Positions 14,201 through 27,515 of a stretch of 64,000 bases of DNA are shown here, one piece after another. A program made the position numbers and the translations under genes. This stretch comes from Saccostrea echinata. Lineage: Eukaryota. Numbering within the stretch: position 1 is the first letter of the stretch; each line of letters starts with the position of its first letter. The notes below the pieces were generated by a model. It was not told the DNA's origin. It saw only the letters and a program-made list of their open reading frames with translations, and did no database searches. Location: positions 6,262,001 through 6,326,000 of the forward strand of contig NW_026889772.1 of assembly GCF_033153115.1 (NCBI RefSeq), written 5' to 3'.

Positions 14201-17168
14201 CACAAATCTCTGCATCATGTTTGGTAGTTATATTCTTGCCTTTGCCAAATACTCCAGATTTGTTGAACTTAGGACTTGGACTATCTGAATATGATATTTT
14301 AAATTTTAATTAGACAAGAATGTTTCCTTCAACATGTACATGTACTACATAGCACATTCACTGATACTGTTTACAAATACACTTGCCAGGACTGCCAAGA
14401 TATGCAGTGCTGACATTTTATAAATAGAGAAGTGCTTCAATTAGGAAATTAAAAATATCATAAATTTCAAAACACAATTTCCTTACTATTTAATTAGTGA
14501 TAAAAAGAGGCAGGCAATTAAATATTTTTTCAAATGGAAATATTTTGCAAAATACTGATATATTAATCTTTAACTTTGCTACATCATTAAAATTTCAGGA
14601 AAAAGTTGTGAAATACCCCATTCACTTTTCCTGTTCTCGATTTCATCTGGATCTATTTCATCTTCTTCTTCCTCATCTCTGTATGCTGGATGTACCACTC
14701 TGTAGTTCTCAAAAGAAATTGACACTGAAAATATAAAAACATCATCAAAACCACACGTATTTTAAACATAAGATAAAGAACAGAATGCACTTTCCTTAAA
14801 TAAAAATGTTGAAAAAATACATCACTGGTAATTCCATAAACTATCTAGATTTTACAATACAAACAATTTTGACACATAGGTAAAGGACTTTTAAAAAAAC
14901 AAATTCCAATATGCACCTTTATTATTTCCATTGAACTTTCTTTCCTCTATTTTGAGTGCCTGGTCATGCTCTCGGTCGTACTCCTGTTGTAGCATCTGAG
15001 CCAGTAAATAGTCATCTGTTGTTTCTGGGTCCTCACTGGCTGCTGCTAAGATCTCCTGGAAGGTCCTTGTCTCGTCAACTTTCACACTGTAAAAGATGGC
15101 TTCCTTGTTTTTATGATTAATTCACTAACAGTGTTTACGCATTGTGTGTTATTTATTCTGAATCAAGTGGAAAATTTCTTTTTCTGTTAATATTATAAAA
15201 ATATCATTACATTTGATTTTGTGAGTTTTTCTGAAAGCTATTCCTTTTAGAATAAAGCTCTCTGAACAATTTCACAACCATATTGGGTTTATCACGAACA
15301 ATTAAGAGTTCATCCCATGCTGTTCCTTCTTTTGGTATAAACTGATTATGTCTCACTTGAGAAGAAGCTTACTTTGTTGTATAGAACATTCTATTGTTAA
15401 AATGATAATTGTTGTACAGACCTCTTTAACCATAGAATTCAATCTATGTGTTGGCAATTAAACAGGGGCAAATAATTCTTATCTACATGTATACTAAGAA
15501 CAATTCAGAGAGTTTTAAATGTCAACATGGAAAATAAATTTGAAGCATTGCTGACCTTGAGCAAGTAAAAAAAAAGTTAGAAAATCCATCAAAGATCGGG
15601 ACATACTACACAAAAGGACCTGGACCAACTGGAAAAGTGGGCATTGGACTAGGGAATGAGATTCAATGCAAAGAAATGTTATATATGAAGTCTACGGAAA
15701 AAAATTAATAGCCAGTACACCCTTGAAAACCACACTCTAGAACAAGTGGCATCAAATCCTTACTTAGGATTACAAATATCCGAAGACCTTAAATGGAAAG
15801 AGCACATAAATAACATCTCAAATAAAGCCAGTGCCACCTTAGGCTTCCTAAGAATGAATTTACAACACTGTCCAAGAGAATGTAGGAAAATGGCATACAT
15901 CACACTCGTAAGATCTATAATGGAGTAAGGAGCTATCATCTGGGACCCTTACACCAAACAGGAAATATCTAAATTAGAATGTATATAAAGAAGGGATGCA
16001 AGATTCATAATGAAAGATTATAAATCAAGGGAAGAGGGTACAATGTCTAAGATGCTTAAAGAACTTGACCTTCCCTTATTACAAACCAGATGCCAACATC
16101 AAAGGCTGATCTTTTTCTACAAAGTGGTTGAGGGGTAGATACCAGCTATAGCACCTGACCAATTCATTAAACCCCCAAAACAAAAAAGAAACATCAAACC
16201 TAAAGTTTTTGAAGATTATGAAACAACAAATATAATAGATAGTAGAGTAAGGAATAATAGCAAAGCAGTGGAAATACCAAACGCAAAAACAGACCAATAC
16301 AAGAACTCATTCTTTGTCAAATTGTGCGCACTGCAATAGCCTGGAACCACCTGGAAGAAGAAGTTGTCCGCACCCCAAAGCCAGAAAGCCAAGTCTGCGC
16401 TACAACAACGTCGCTACTAAGTGTGCCCTCCCCCGTCACATTAAAGCCCCAAAGGGATTCTGTGATGTACAGATACAGATACAGACACAGAAAATATGTT
16501 GCATTTTTCCTTTATATGAATTAATTTTTGTTTGTTATGATTAACTGGATGGTTATTTTCAATGAATGTTCTATCATGATAAATGTCCGACAGACCCATT
16601 TTAATGATAGAATGTGTTCCATGTATTGGCAATGTAGCAAAGCAAACATGGGTGACAACTCTTAGTGCATTTACTATGACGAAAAATGACGAAAAATCCA
16701 TAGAGTTCCAAATGTCAACATGGCATGTAAATTTGAAGCAAGTAAAAAAGTTGAGAAAAAGTGTTGAATTCTTCCATTATATGGATTAAATTTTTGGTTG
16801 AAATGTATCCAAAGTCTCAAAAAGGTATGTTATGATTACCTGGATAGTTATTTTCAATACAACAGTTAATTAGATTATTCTAACTAGAGGCAAATTTGCA
16901 AGTAAGGTCAGGACTAGTAAAAAAAAAAAAGGGAAGTAACCAGCGGTCTAGTACTCATAAAAGTGCAGCATTTTGCTTCGTACCTGTTTTCTTCCTCCTT
17001 CTGCTGAAGATCAAGTGCAAGCTGTTCACTCATTACGTCTTGTAGTGAACATGGCATAACAGGTGCTGCCTGTATCTTACCCCACGGCGTAGTCATACTT
17101 GTGCTGGATACTGTATTTATTATATCTCCTATAGAAATGTGTGGTCTTTGAAATTCACAACTTTCCAT
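11298..17168 (-). CDS. RIOK3: Serine/threonine-protein kinase RIO3; coding exons 16984-17168, 14917-15086, 14617-14724, 14172-14284, 13849-13992, 13468-13595, 13030-13215, 12511-12670, 12023-12193, 11298-11711
   Basis: RIOK3-type N-terminus (PW...CSLQDVMSEQLA; LLAQMLQQEYDREHD...EERKFNGNNK|VSISFENYRVVHP; TKHDAEICGRRN). RIO kinase motifs ISSGKESVVYHA, AVKIYKTTLNEFKNR, LVHGDLSEYNLL, VIDVSQAVE. All introns are GT-AG with consistent phases. The true start may be the downstream Met (MTTPWG, ~17097). Confidence 0.95.
15580..16491 (+). mobile_element. 5'-truncated, decayed non-LTR retrotransposon (CR1/L2-like RT C-terminus) in RIOK3 intron 1
   Basis: Translates to DLDQLEKWALD*GMRFNAKKCY, PYLGLQISEDLKWKEHINNISNKASATLGFLR, AYITLVRSIME*GAIIWDP, with stops and frameshifts. 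Ends in a (TACAGA)n-type 3' tail. Confidence 0.85.
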
Positions 17169-17606
17169 TTGATAAATATGCTAAATATTGAACCGAAATA
17201 ATGAATCTTTTCGACGTCTTTTACTTGTAATATTTGAATAACGTTTTACTTTTTAGATTACAGTATATATAAGCAATTTCAAAACGAAAATAAATTTAGA
17301 TGTCACGAGCTAAAATTATAATTTATGTGTTACTACCTTGTTGTGCAATATCCAACTCAAAAACCGGAAATAACCGTATTGACAGGTTTTTGTTAATTTG
17401 TACACGTTTTTTTCCTTCATTTTACCATTCGAATTATTCTATGTACGAAGTATTTGAAAGTTACACGCGGGAAATGTCAAATTCCCATCAGGCGATACTT
17501 CTAAAACGTTAGACCCGTTCTTTCTCTTCAATGCGGGGATGAATTGTATTGATATTTAAAATTTTAGTTGAGAAGAGGAGATCACTTATTATTATTTAGT
17601 CTGAAT
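17169..17606. promoter_or_regulatory. Putative bidirectional promoter/5'UTR region shared by RIOK3 and the CCDC73-like gene
   Basis: Divergent start codons are only ~440 bp apart. Local CpG enrichment relative to flanks and an ETS-like ACCGGAAAT near 17362. Confidence 0.55.
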
Positions 17607-20600
17607 ATGGACAACGTGTCCTATGATGGTGATAAAACGTTGTGCGAAAACATCAAGGACACGATGGGTATATGCTTCAATATATCTACACCCCAGGATG
17701 ATAAATATTTAATTTGTAACAAACTTCACAGACTTCACAAGAAACGTCAATTGTCTTAACTTCCATTTATAATGCTTATGATATGTTAAGAATTCATAGT
17801 GTACAGATGCAGGGCGTTTTCAGCTTAGTTTGAATTTGTTTACTAAATAATAAGATACACAGTCGGCAATTTTGAGAACTTGCCAGTCTGGTACAATCAC
17901 TAGATTTAGCTAGTAGCTTGAATTACTTAAGTAGCTTTATTTACCTACCTGAAGTAGCTTTATTTAGCTACTAAATGAAACATTTCTTAGATTAGCATTT
18001 CCCCCCAGAAAGTGCAGAAAATTGCACTTTGATGTCTTTTCTGTGCAATTGCAGTCAAAGTACTAAAAGTTTAGGGGCTATATACAACAGTTAATTTGTG
18101 ACCTAACAGTTACTTCTTGAGTGAGACCAGTTATGGTTAACATGAGCACAAGTAATCATACTTATCCATGCCTCATCGCACACAAGGTGGTGCACAGTTA
18201 CTCAAACAATGGAAATTCATCTTTTCCTTAAAAGTGTTCAAATGCAGCAATGTTAAAAGTATCTCTGCTTTAGATTGATTTTTAAATAATACCTAGAATA
18301 AATATAAGTAGACATTTACTTGCGAATTTTTGAAAATTTGCCTTGAAATAGCTATATAAATAAAGCTACCGGTACCTGAGGTAGGTAAATAAAGCTACGG
18401 TAGATAATTTTAGCTACATAGCTAAATGTACTGATTGTACTGGACCTGCTTGCTTGTTATTAGGGTCCTGCTCTGCGGATGCCCAGTTGTGATCTGTCTG
18501 TCTGGCCGGCCGTCTATATCCATCCCATATTACTTATTCTTTGGCCCAATCTTGCTCGTACTTCACCCACAGAATGCCCCTGGGTAAAGGGTGTGCAGTG
18601 ACCTTGAACCAATTTTAGCCCACCTGAGCCTTCAATTGAGCTTTTCTGATTGAAATTTGTCTGTTGTCTGTCGTCGTTCTTGTCATCATCATAAACTTTT
18701 CACAATTTCGTCTTCTCAAGAACCACTAGGCCAATTTTAACCAAACTTGGCACAGAGTATCCTTGGATGAAGAGGATTCAAGTTTGTTCAAATGAAAGGC
18801 CACGCCCTAAACCAAGGGGAGATAGTTACAAAAAAAAGTGAAAAATTAATGGCATCTTTTAAAAATCTTCTCAAGAACCAATGGGCCAGGAAAGATGAAA
18901 CTCATGTGGAATCATCTTCAGGTAGTGTAGATTCAAGTTTGTTGAAATCATGACCCCTGGGGTAAGGCCAAAATAAAATTATTGTTTGTTTGGAATTGCC
19001 TCCCGCCTCATTGAAATGACCCCTCCTGGAAAAATTTTATTGACCAAAAATAAGAAGATTTTTTTTATTCAATCAATTCTTGGCCTGTAACCATATGTGC
19101 CACCCAATCACTTAATAAGTGTAGGATCTAAGCAAAACTGGGTTCCTGGTTGATGGAAGATACCCTTCACAAAAAGGCAGAAAATAATGTGTTCATCCCT
19201 TATTGAGATTTTTATCATTAATTTTTGAATTAACTTTAATTTTGAAAAAAAAAATTCCCTCCCTCCCTCATGGGTCTGAAACCTCCAAGGCGGCAATTCC
19301 AAACAAATAATTTTTTAAGGATGGCCTAGGATGGGGCCACAATGGACGATCGAAGTTTTACATAGGAGTATAGGAAAAACTTTTTCTCAAGAATAGCAAA
19401 GCCATGATTGGTCATGTTTATATAAAAACATCCTCAGATAATGTCATATATCATCATAGATCATAATGTCATATATCATCATGTAAATGAGTAACCCATA
19501 AAATTACGTCCCCTACGAACAAGTAAAATTTTGCTTGCCCATGAACATAGACCCCCTCAAATTAAATGATTCCACAGTAATTGATGAACAAGAATTAAAA
19601 TTTGCATTATTTTTGTGTTTTTGCCCATGAGTAGAAAAAAAGTTACAGAAGGAAGTGAAACGCATTCTAAAGACATTCTCACTCACAGGATATAGAAAAA
19701 TTGTTGATACTATTTTATTTTGTAGCCTTGTTATAATGTTTTTGGTTGAGACAATCTCAAACAATATTCTAATGAGATTTTGGTATTGATGCGGGGATTT
19801 ATCAGTACCTACTCAGGGGCTGTAATTCGTCCTCATTCCCAATTGAAAATGAGTTCAATTTTTCCCAATTTGGCAGTATTTTTCCCAATTGGTGAACAAT
19901 GCTTTTATTTTTAATTATATTGGTCAGATGATCCAAAATTTCAAAATGCAGTACTATTTGATCCATTATATACTGAATCATTGTTAAGTGCTAGTATTAA
20001 GAACTCTGATGTTTTTTTCTAGGATGCAGGGAAGAAGATACAGATAAGGACCACATGGCAAGGTTTAATGAGAGAAATCCAGAGAATTACATGAGTGCAG
20101 TAGAATGTCTACGATTGAGAAGCAGTTTGGTGGAAATTTTGGAGGAACTGAAATTAAGGAGGGCAAGACTTGAATTCATTTATTGTTTACAGGCTAATTT
20201 AATTTTCTCTATTTCTTATTAACGTACTGTAAATGTGTTGATAGTAACAAGTCTTGTCTGTAACAGGAAAGAAGAAAAAGTATGGCTGGACCGGGAATCT
20301 AACCCGGGACCCCTGCATCACTAGTCAGGTGCTCTACTGACTGAGCTACCCAGGTCGATATCCATGGCCCGAACCATTACATTCAAATAATGGTTCTCGC
20401 TTTGGAAAGTTTACAAGTGAAAACTTTATGTTGAATAAAAATTTTATAACCAGAGCATATATATGTACTAGATTCTTAATTGAACCCTGATGTTTACACT
20501 CACCATTGCGTAGGCTCCTTCAATCTTTGCAAGAAAGGCATATATAATTTGTAAGTCATCTGTGCATTGAAATCATTTTGTGTTGCTTTGCCCTTTTGTT

Positions 20601-23600
20601 GTTGTCATATATATGTCAAGATGTTTTTTCCTTTATCGTTATTTCTTACTTTGGTATCTTTTTCTCTCACATCTTGAAGAAATATGACAACAATTAAGGA
20701 AGTGATTTTATATAGGTCTCTGACTAGGACCTCACTGAAATTGTTTTATTTTATTGCTTTCAACAGATGAATGACAAAGATAATGAGGAGAGAATAAAAA
20801 GGGCTGATCAAGAAAAATATCAACTAATCAGAAAATGTGTAAGTTCACCAGATTTGATATGAAAAAATATTTTTTAAAAAAATTTACTCTATTTTGCGTC
20901 ATATGAATTTCACATAAAGAGTTGTTTCCCTTAGCTTGTAATTGACAATCATTTCAGGAGTCAGAATCACAGAAGTTAAATGAGGCAACCAAGCAATACA
21001 GGAAGCACTTACAGGATAAAGATAGGATGTGTGAAGAGAAGTTGTCCAGGATGGAAGAACAATTGGTCTGATATAGATTGTCACCCTGTAATAACTATAT
21101 CTGATATAGAATGACACCCTATAATAACTATATCTGATATAGAATGTCACCCTGTAATAACTATATCTGATATAGAATGACACCCTGTAATAACTATATC
21201 TGATATAGATTGTCACCCTGTAATAACTATATCTGATAAAGAATGTCACCCTATAATAACTATATCTGATATAGAATGTCACCCTGTAATAACTATATCT
21301 GATAAAGAATGACACCCTATAATAACTATATCTGATATAGAATGTCACCCTATAATAACTATATCTGATATAGATTGTCACCCTGTAATAACTATATCTG
21401 ATATAGAATGACACCCTATAATAACTATATCTGATATAGAATGTCACCCTATAATAACTATATCTGATATAGAATGACACCCTATAATAACTATATCTGA
21501 TATAGAATGTCACCCTATAATAACTATATCTGATATAGAATGTCACCCTGTAATAACTATATCTGATATAGAATGTCACCCTGTAATAACTATATCTGAT
21601 ATAGATTGTCACCCTATAATAACTATATCTGATATAGAATGACACCCTGTAATAACTATATCTGATATAGAATGTCACCCTGTAATAACTATATCTGATA
21701 TAGAATGTCACCCTGTAATAACTATATCTGATATAGAATGTCACCCTATAATAACTATATCTGATATAGAATGTCACCCTGTAATAACTATATCTGATAT
21801 AGAATGACACCCTATAATAACTATATCTGATATAGATTGTCACCCTGTAATAACTATATCTGATATAGAATGACACCCTATAATAACTATATCTGATATA
21901 GAATGACACCCTATAATAACTATATCTGATATAGAATGACACCCTATAATAACTATATCTGATATAGATTGACACCCTATAATAACTATATCTGATATAG
22001 AATGTCACCCTATAATAACTATATCTGATATAGATTGACACCCTATAATAACTATATCTGATATAGAATGACACCCTATAATAACTATATCTGATATAGA
22101 ATGACACCCTATAATAACTATATCTGATATAGATTGTCACCCTGTAATAACTATATCTGATATAGAATGTCACCCTATAATAACTATATCTGATAAAGAA
22201 TGACACCCTATAATAACTATATCTGATATAGAATGTCACCCTATAATAACTATATCTGATATAGATTGTCACCCTGTAATAACTATCTCTGATATAGAAT
22301 GTCACCCTATAATAACTATATCTGATATAGAATGACACCCTGTAATAACTATATCTGATATAGAATGACACCCTATAATAACTATATCTGATATAGATTG
22401 TCACCCTGTAATAACTATATCTGATATAGAATGACACCCTGTAATAACTATATCTGATAAAGAATGTCACCCTATAATAACTATATCTGATATAGATTGT
22501 CACCCTGTAATAACTATATCTGATATAGAATGACACCCTATAATAACTATATCTGATATAGATTGTCACCCTGTAATAACTATCTCTGATATAGAATGTC
22601 ACCCTATAATAACTATATCTGATAAAGAATGACACCCTATAATAACTATATCTGATATAGAATGTCACCCTATAATAACTATATCTGATATAGATTGTCA
22701 CCCTGTAATAACTATATCTGATATAGAATGTCACCCTATAATAACTATATCTGATAAAGAATGACACCCTATAATAACTATATCTGATATAGAATGTCAC
22801 CCTATAATATCTATATCTGATATAGATTGTCACCCTGTAATAACTATATCTGATATAGAATGTCACCCTATAATAACTATATCTGATATAGAATGACACC
22901 CTGTAATAACTATATCTGATATAGAATGACACCCTATAATAACTATATCTGATATAGATTGTCACCCTATAATAACTATATCTGATATAGAATGACACCC
23001 TGTAATAACTATATCTGATATAGAATGACACCCTATAATAACTATATCTGATATAGAATGTCACCCTATAATAACTATATCTGATATAGATTGTCACCCT
23101 GTAATAACTATATCTGATATAGAATGACACCCTGTAATAACTATATCTGATATAGAATGACACCCTGTAATAACTATATCTGATATAGAATGACACCCTG
23201 TAATAACTATCTCTGATATAGAATGACACCCTATAATAACTATATCTGATATAGAATGACACCCTGTAATAACTATCTCTGATATAGAATGACACCCTAT
23301 AATAACTATATCTGATATAGATTGTCACCCTGTAATAACTATATCTGATATAGAATGACACCCTGTAATAACTATATCTGATATAGAATGTCACCCTGTA
23401 ATAACTATATCTGATATAGAATGTCACCCTGTAATAACTATATCTGATATAGAATGTCACCCTATAATAACTATATCTGATATAGAATGTCACCCTGTAA
23501 TAACTATATCTGATATAGAATGACACCCTATAATAACTATATCTGATATAGATTGTCACCCTGTAATAACTATATCTGATATAGAATGACACCCTATAAT

Positions 23601-26600
23601 AACTATATCTGATATAGAATGACACCCTATAATAACTATATCTGATATAGAATGACACCCTATAATAACTATATCTGATATAGATTGACACCCTATAATA
23701 ACTATATCTGATATAGAATGTCACCCTATAATAACTATATCTGATATAGATTGACACCCTATAATAACTATATCTGATATAGAATGACACCCTATAATAA
23801 CTATATCTGATATAGAATGACACCCTATAATAACTATATCTGATATAGAATGACACCCTATAATAACTATATCTGATATAGATTGTCACCCTGTAATAAC
23901 TATATCTGATATAGAATGTCACCCTATAATAACTATATCTGATAAAGAATGACACCCTATAATAACTATATCTGATATAGAATGTCACCCTATAATAACT
24001 ATATCTGATATAGATTGTCACCCTGTAATAACTATCTCTGATATAGAATGTCACCCTATAATAACTATATCTGATATAGAATGACACCCTGTAATAACTA
24101 TATCTGATATAGAATGACACCCTATAATAACTATATCTGATATAGATTGTCACCCTGTAATAACTATATCTGATATAGAATGACACCCTGTAATAACTAT
24201 ATCTGATAAAGAATGTCACCCTATAATAACTATATCTGATATAGATTGTCACCCTGTAATAACTATATCTGATATAGAATGACACCCTATAATAACTATA
24301 TCTGATATAGATTGTCACCCTGTAATAACTATCTCTGATATAGAATGTCACCCTATAATAACTATATCTGATAAAGAATGACACCCTATAATAACTATAT
24401 CTGATATAGAATGTCACCCTATAATAACTATATCTGATATAGATTGTCACCCTGTAATAACTATATCTGATATAGAATGTCACCCTATAATAACTATATC
24501 TGATAAAGAATGACACCCTATAATAACTATATCTGATATAGAATGTCACCCTATAATATCTATATCTGATATAGATTGTCACCCTGTAATAACTATATCT
24601 GATATAGAATGTCACCCTATAATAACTATATCTGATATAGAATGACACCCTGTAATAACTATATCTGATATAGAATGACACCCTATAATAACTATATCTG
24701 ATATAGATTGTCACCCTATAATAACTATATCTGATATAGAATGACACCCTGTAATAACTATATCTGATATAGAATGACACCCTATAATAACTATATCTGA
24801 TATAGAATGTCACCCTATAATAACTATATCTGATATAGATTGTCACCCTGTAATAACTATATCTGATATAGAATGACACCCTGTAATAACTATATCTGAT
24901 ATAGAATGACACCCTGTAATAACTATATCTGATATAGAATGACACCCTGTAATAACTATCTCTGATATAGAATGACACCCTATAATAACTATATCTGATA
25001 TAGAATGACACCCTGTAATAACTATCTCTGATATAGAATGACACCCTATAATAACTATATCTGATATAGATTGTCACCCTGTAATAACTATATCTGATAT
25101 AGAATGTCACCCTGTAATAACTATATCTGATATAGAATGACACCCTGTAATAACTATATCTGATATAGATTGTCACCCTGTAATAACTATCTCTGATATA
25201 GAATGTCACCCTATGATAACTATATCTGATATAGAATGACACCCTGTAATAACTATATCTGATATAGAATGACACCCTATAATAACTATATCTGATATAG
25301 ATTGTCACCCTGTAATAACTATATCTGATATAGAATGACACCCTGTAATAACTATATCTGATAAAGAATGTCACCCTATAATAACTATATCTGATATAGA
25401 TTGTCACCCTGTAATAACTATATCTGATATAGAATGACACCCTATAATAACTATATCTGATATAGAATGACACCCTATAATAACTATATCTGATATAGAT
25501 TGTCATCCTGTAATAACTATCTCTGATATAGAATGACACCCTATAATAACTATATCTGATATAGATTGTCACCCTGTAATAACTATATCTGATATAGAAT
25601 GACACCCTGTAATAACTATATCTGATAAAGAATGTCACCCTATAATAACTATATCTGATATAGAATGACACCCTATAATAACTATATCTGATATAGATTG
25701 TCACCCTGTAATAACTATCTCTGATATAGAATGTCACCCTATAATAACTATATCTGATATAGAATGACACCCTAATAACTATATCTGATATAGAATGACA
25801 CCCTATAATAACTATATCTGATATAGAATGTCACCCTATAATAACTATATCTGATATAGATTGTCACCCTGTAATAACTATCTCTGATATAGAATGTCAC
25901 CCTATAATAACTATATCTGATATAGAATGACACCCTATAATAACTATATCTGATATAGAATGACACCCTATAATAACTATATCTGATATAGATTGTCACC
26001 CTGTAATAACTATCTCTGATATAGAATGTCACCCTATAATAACTATATCTGATAAAGAATGACACCCTGATAACTATGATATAGAATGTAACCTTATAAT
26101 AACTATATCTGATAAAGAATGTCACCTTATTAACAATATATATGATATAGCGTATCACTATAATAATTATACCTGTTAAAAAGGAAATCATTAACATTTT
26201 GTATTAGCAACAGACTGTAGTCCATGTATATAAGACTCTAGATGTTTGAAATGTTCACCTACTTGTTTACTGAAAGTAATTACATCTCCAGTAAAAAGAA
26301 ATGACATCCTCAGTAGAGAGACTTGTGTACGTATAGAATGAAAAAGGTGAAGATAACAAACAGTGATCGATCTCAAAAAATCTATAAATAATACAATTCT
26401 GTGAAGAGGGCATACAACATGGACCCCTGGAAATTCCAGAGGTGGGATCAGGTGCCTAGGAGGAGTAATCATCCCCTATTGACAACCGCCATGATCCCAA
26501 AATATTGATCAGGTAGACGGAACATTCCGTAGTTGAATTCAGTATAAAAACAAAGGCCTGACAATAGAAATATCTTTTACATTGAAGAGTTTTTAATGCA

Positions 26601-27148
26601 TAAAAATGTTATGAACATCAAACTTATTTACTTTATGTGTCTGTCACAGAAACAACACAAGGTGTTTAAAGATTGTACAGACAAAGAAATTAACCTGTTG
26701 AAGGATGAAATTCGGAAATTAGAGGTGAGAGTATCTGAAAAGCCCATTCCTTAGCCAAAATAAAAGGAGACCATTTTACATTTACATTCAATAGAGGTAA
26801 AATATTTCTTCCTATGAAAGGATTAAACATAGCTAATATTGAACTACACATATGGTAACATTCTTGATAGATGTGGTTTATTATTAAAGGCAAAAATTTT
26901 ATATGATATAGAATGTTGATATAATCTGACAGCTGAGAAACTGGACATACCAATGTTGTGGATTTAATTTAAGGTTGTGAAATACAAGCTGGAGAAAGAT
27001 GTCACAGAACAGGAAAGAAAGCTACATCTTCATGTCCAATCTTCAGAGCAGCATCTGAATCAACTGACAGAAACAGAAGAGAGTTTCAAGTCCCTCTACA
27101 CTCAATGTAAACAGCTGAGCGAGGCACAGGCACAGCTAGAGGAGAGTG
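17607..27148 (+). CDS. CCDC73: Coiled-coil domain-containing protein 73-like, 3'-partial; exons 17607-17667, 20023-20162, 20767-20838, 20958-21065, 26650-26724, 26974-27148
   Basis: Spliced translation ...LRSSLVEILEELKLRR|MNDKDNEERIKRADQEKYQLIRKC|ESESQKLNEATKQYRKHLQDKDRMCEEKLSRMEEQL|KQHKVFKDCTDKEINLLKDEIRKLE|VVKYKLEKDVTEQERKLHLHVQSSEQHLNQLTE... lines up in register with the vertebrate CCDC73 N-terminus as I recall it (FKTSLLEALEELRMRR ... [21 protein letters not shown]). Phases are consistent; intron 2 has a GC donor. The last exon seen ends at a GTGAGT donor and the downstream exon was not identified. Confidence 0.8.
17884..18448. mobile_element. MITE/foldback element with ~100-bp imperfect TIRs
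   Basis: CAGTCTGGTACAATCACTAGATTTAGCTA... pairs with ...TAGCTAAATGTACTGATTGTACTGGACCTG. A 5-bp direct repeat CTTGC sits on both flanks. Confidence 0.7.
18613..19440 (+). mobile_element. Helentron/HINE-type non-autonomous element (same family as 58201-58730), interrupted by a MITE
   Basis: Starts TTTAGCCCACCTGAGC, has a GTCT-type microsatellite and internal repeat TCTTCTCAAGAACCA...GATTCAAGTTTGTTCAAATGA, colinear with the copy at 58.2 kb. Confidence 0.75.
18963..19328. mobile_element. MITE nested in the Helentron-like element
   Basis: Inverted termini AGGCCA...AATTATTGTTTGTTTGGAATTGCC / GGCAATTCCAAACAAATAATT...TGGCCT. It interrupts the GGGGT^AGGATGGGG junction that is intact near 58560. Confidence 0.65.
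20259..20381 (-). mobile_element. Second solo LTR with tRNA-like sequence (same family as 4651-4773)
   Basis: Near-identical to 4651-4773 with TGTAA...TTACA ends. TSD not preserved. Confidence 0.75.
21067..26130. repeat. 33-bp satellite array (~150 units; TCTGATATAGAATGTCACCCTATAATAACTATA) in CCDC73-like intron 4
   Basis: Highly homogeneous tandem array starting at the splice donor of exon 20958-21065. It produces the spurious 1623-aa antisense ORF. Confidence 0.98.
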
Positions 27149-27162
27149 GTGAGTTAACAGTA

Positions 27163-27515
27163 AAGTAACAAAATATCTCTATTGTTAGAGTAGTAACAAA
27201 ATATCTGTATTGTTACTTTGAGTAGTAACAAAATATCTCTATTGTTACTTAGAGAAGTAACAAAATATCTCTATTGTTACTTAGAGAAGTAACAAAATAT
27301 CTCTATTGTTACTTAGAGAAGTAACAAAATATCTGTACTGTTACTTACAGAAGTAACAAAATATCTCTACTGTTACTTAGAGTAGTAACAAAATATCCCT
27401 TCTGTTACTGAATATCTCTACTGTTACTTAGAGTAGTAACAAAATATCTCTACTGTTACTTAGAGTAGTAACAAAATATCTCTATTGTTACTTAGAGTAG
27501 TAACAAAATACTATT
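27163..27515. repeat. ~32-bp minisatellite (AGTAACAAAATATCTCTATTGTTACTTAGAG[A/T]) with an internal hairpin
   Basis: About 11 tandem units starting ~14 bp after the donor at 27149. Each unit carries the inverted repeat AGTAACAA/TTGTTACT. Confidence 0.9.

Noticed and set aside
15746-15928. ORF with RT-like sequence as an active gene
   Set aside because: It is part of a LINE fragment with multiple stops and frameshifts.
21067-26130. CRISPR-like regular 33-bp periodicity
   Set aside because: No unique spacers and no cas genes; the context is a eukaryotic intron.
20899-26197. 1623-aa and 141-aa Tyr/Arg-rich ORFs
   Set aside because: They are translations of a 33-bp satellite (unit divisible by 3). 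The long ORF also runs antisense over a CCDC73-like exon, and there is no non-repetitive coding context.
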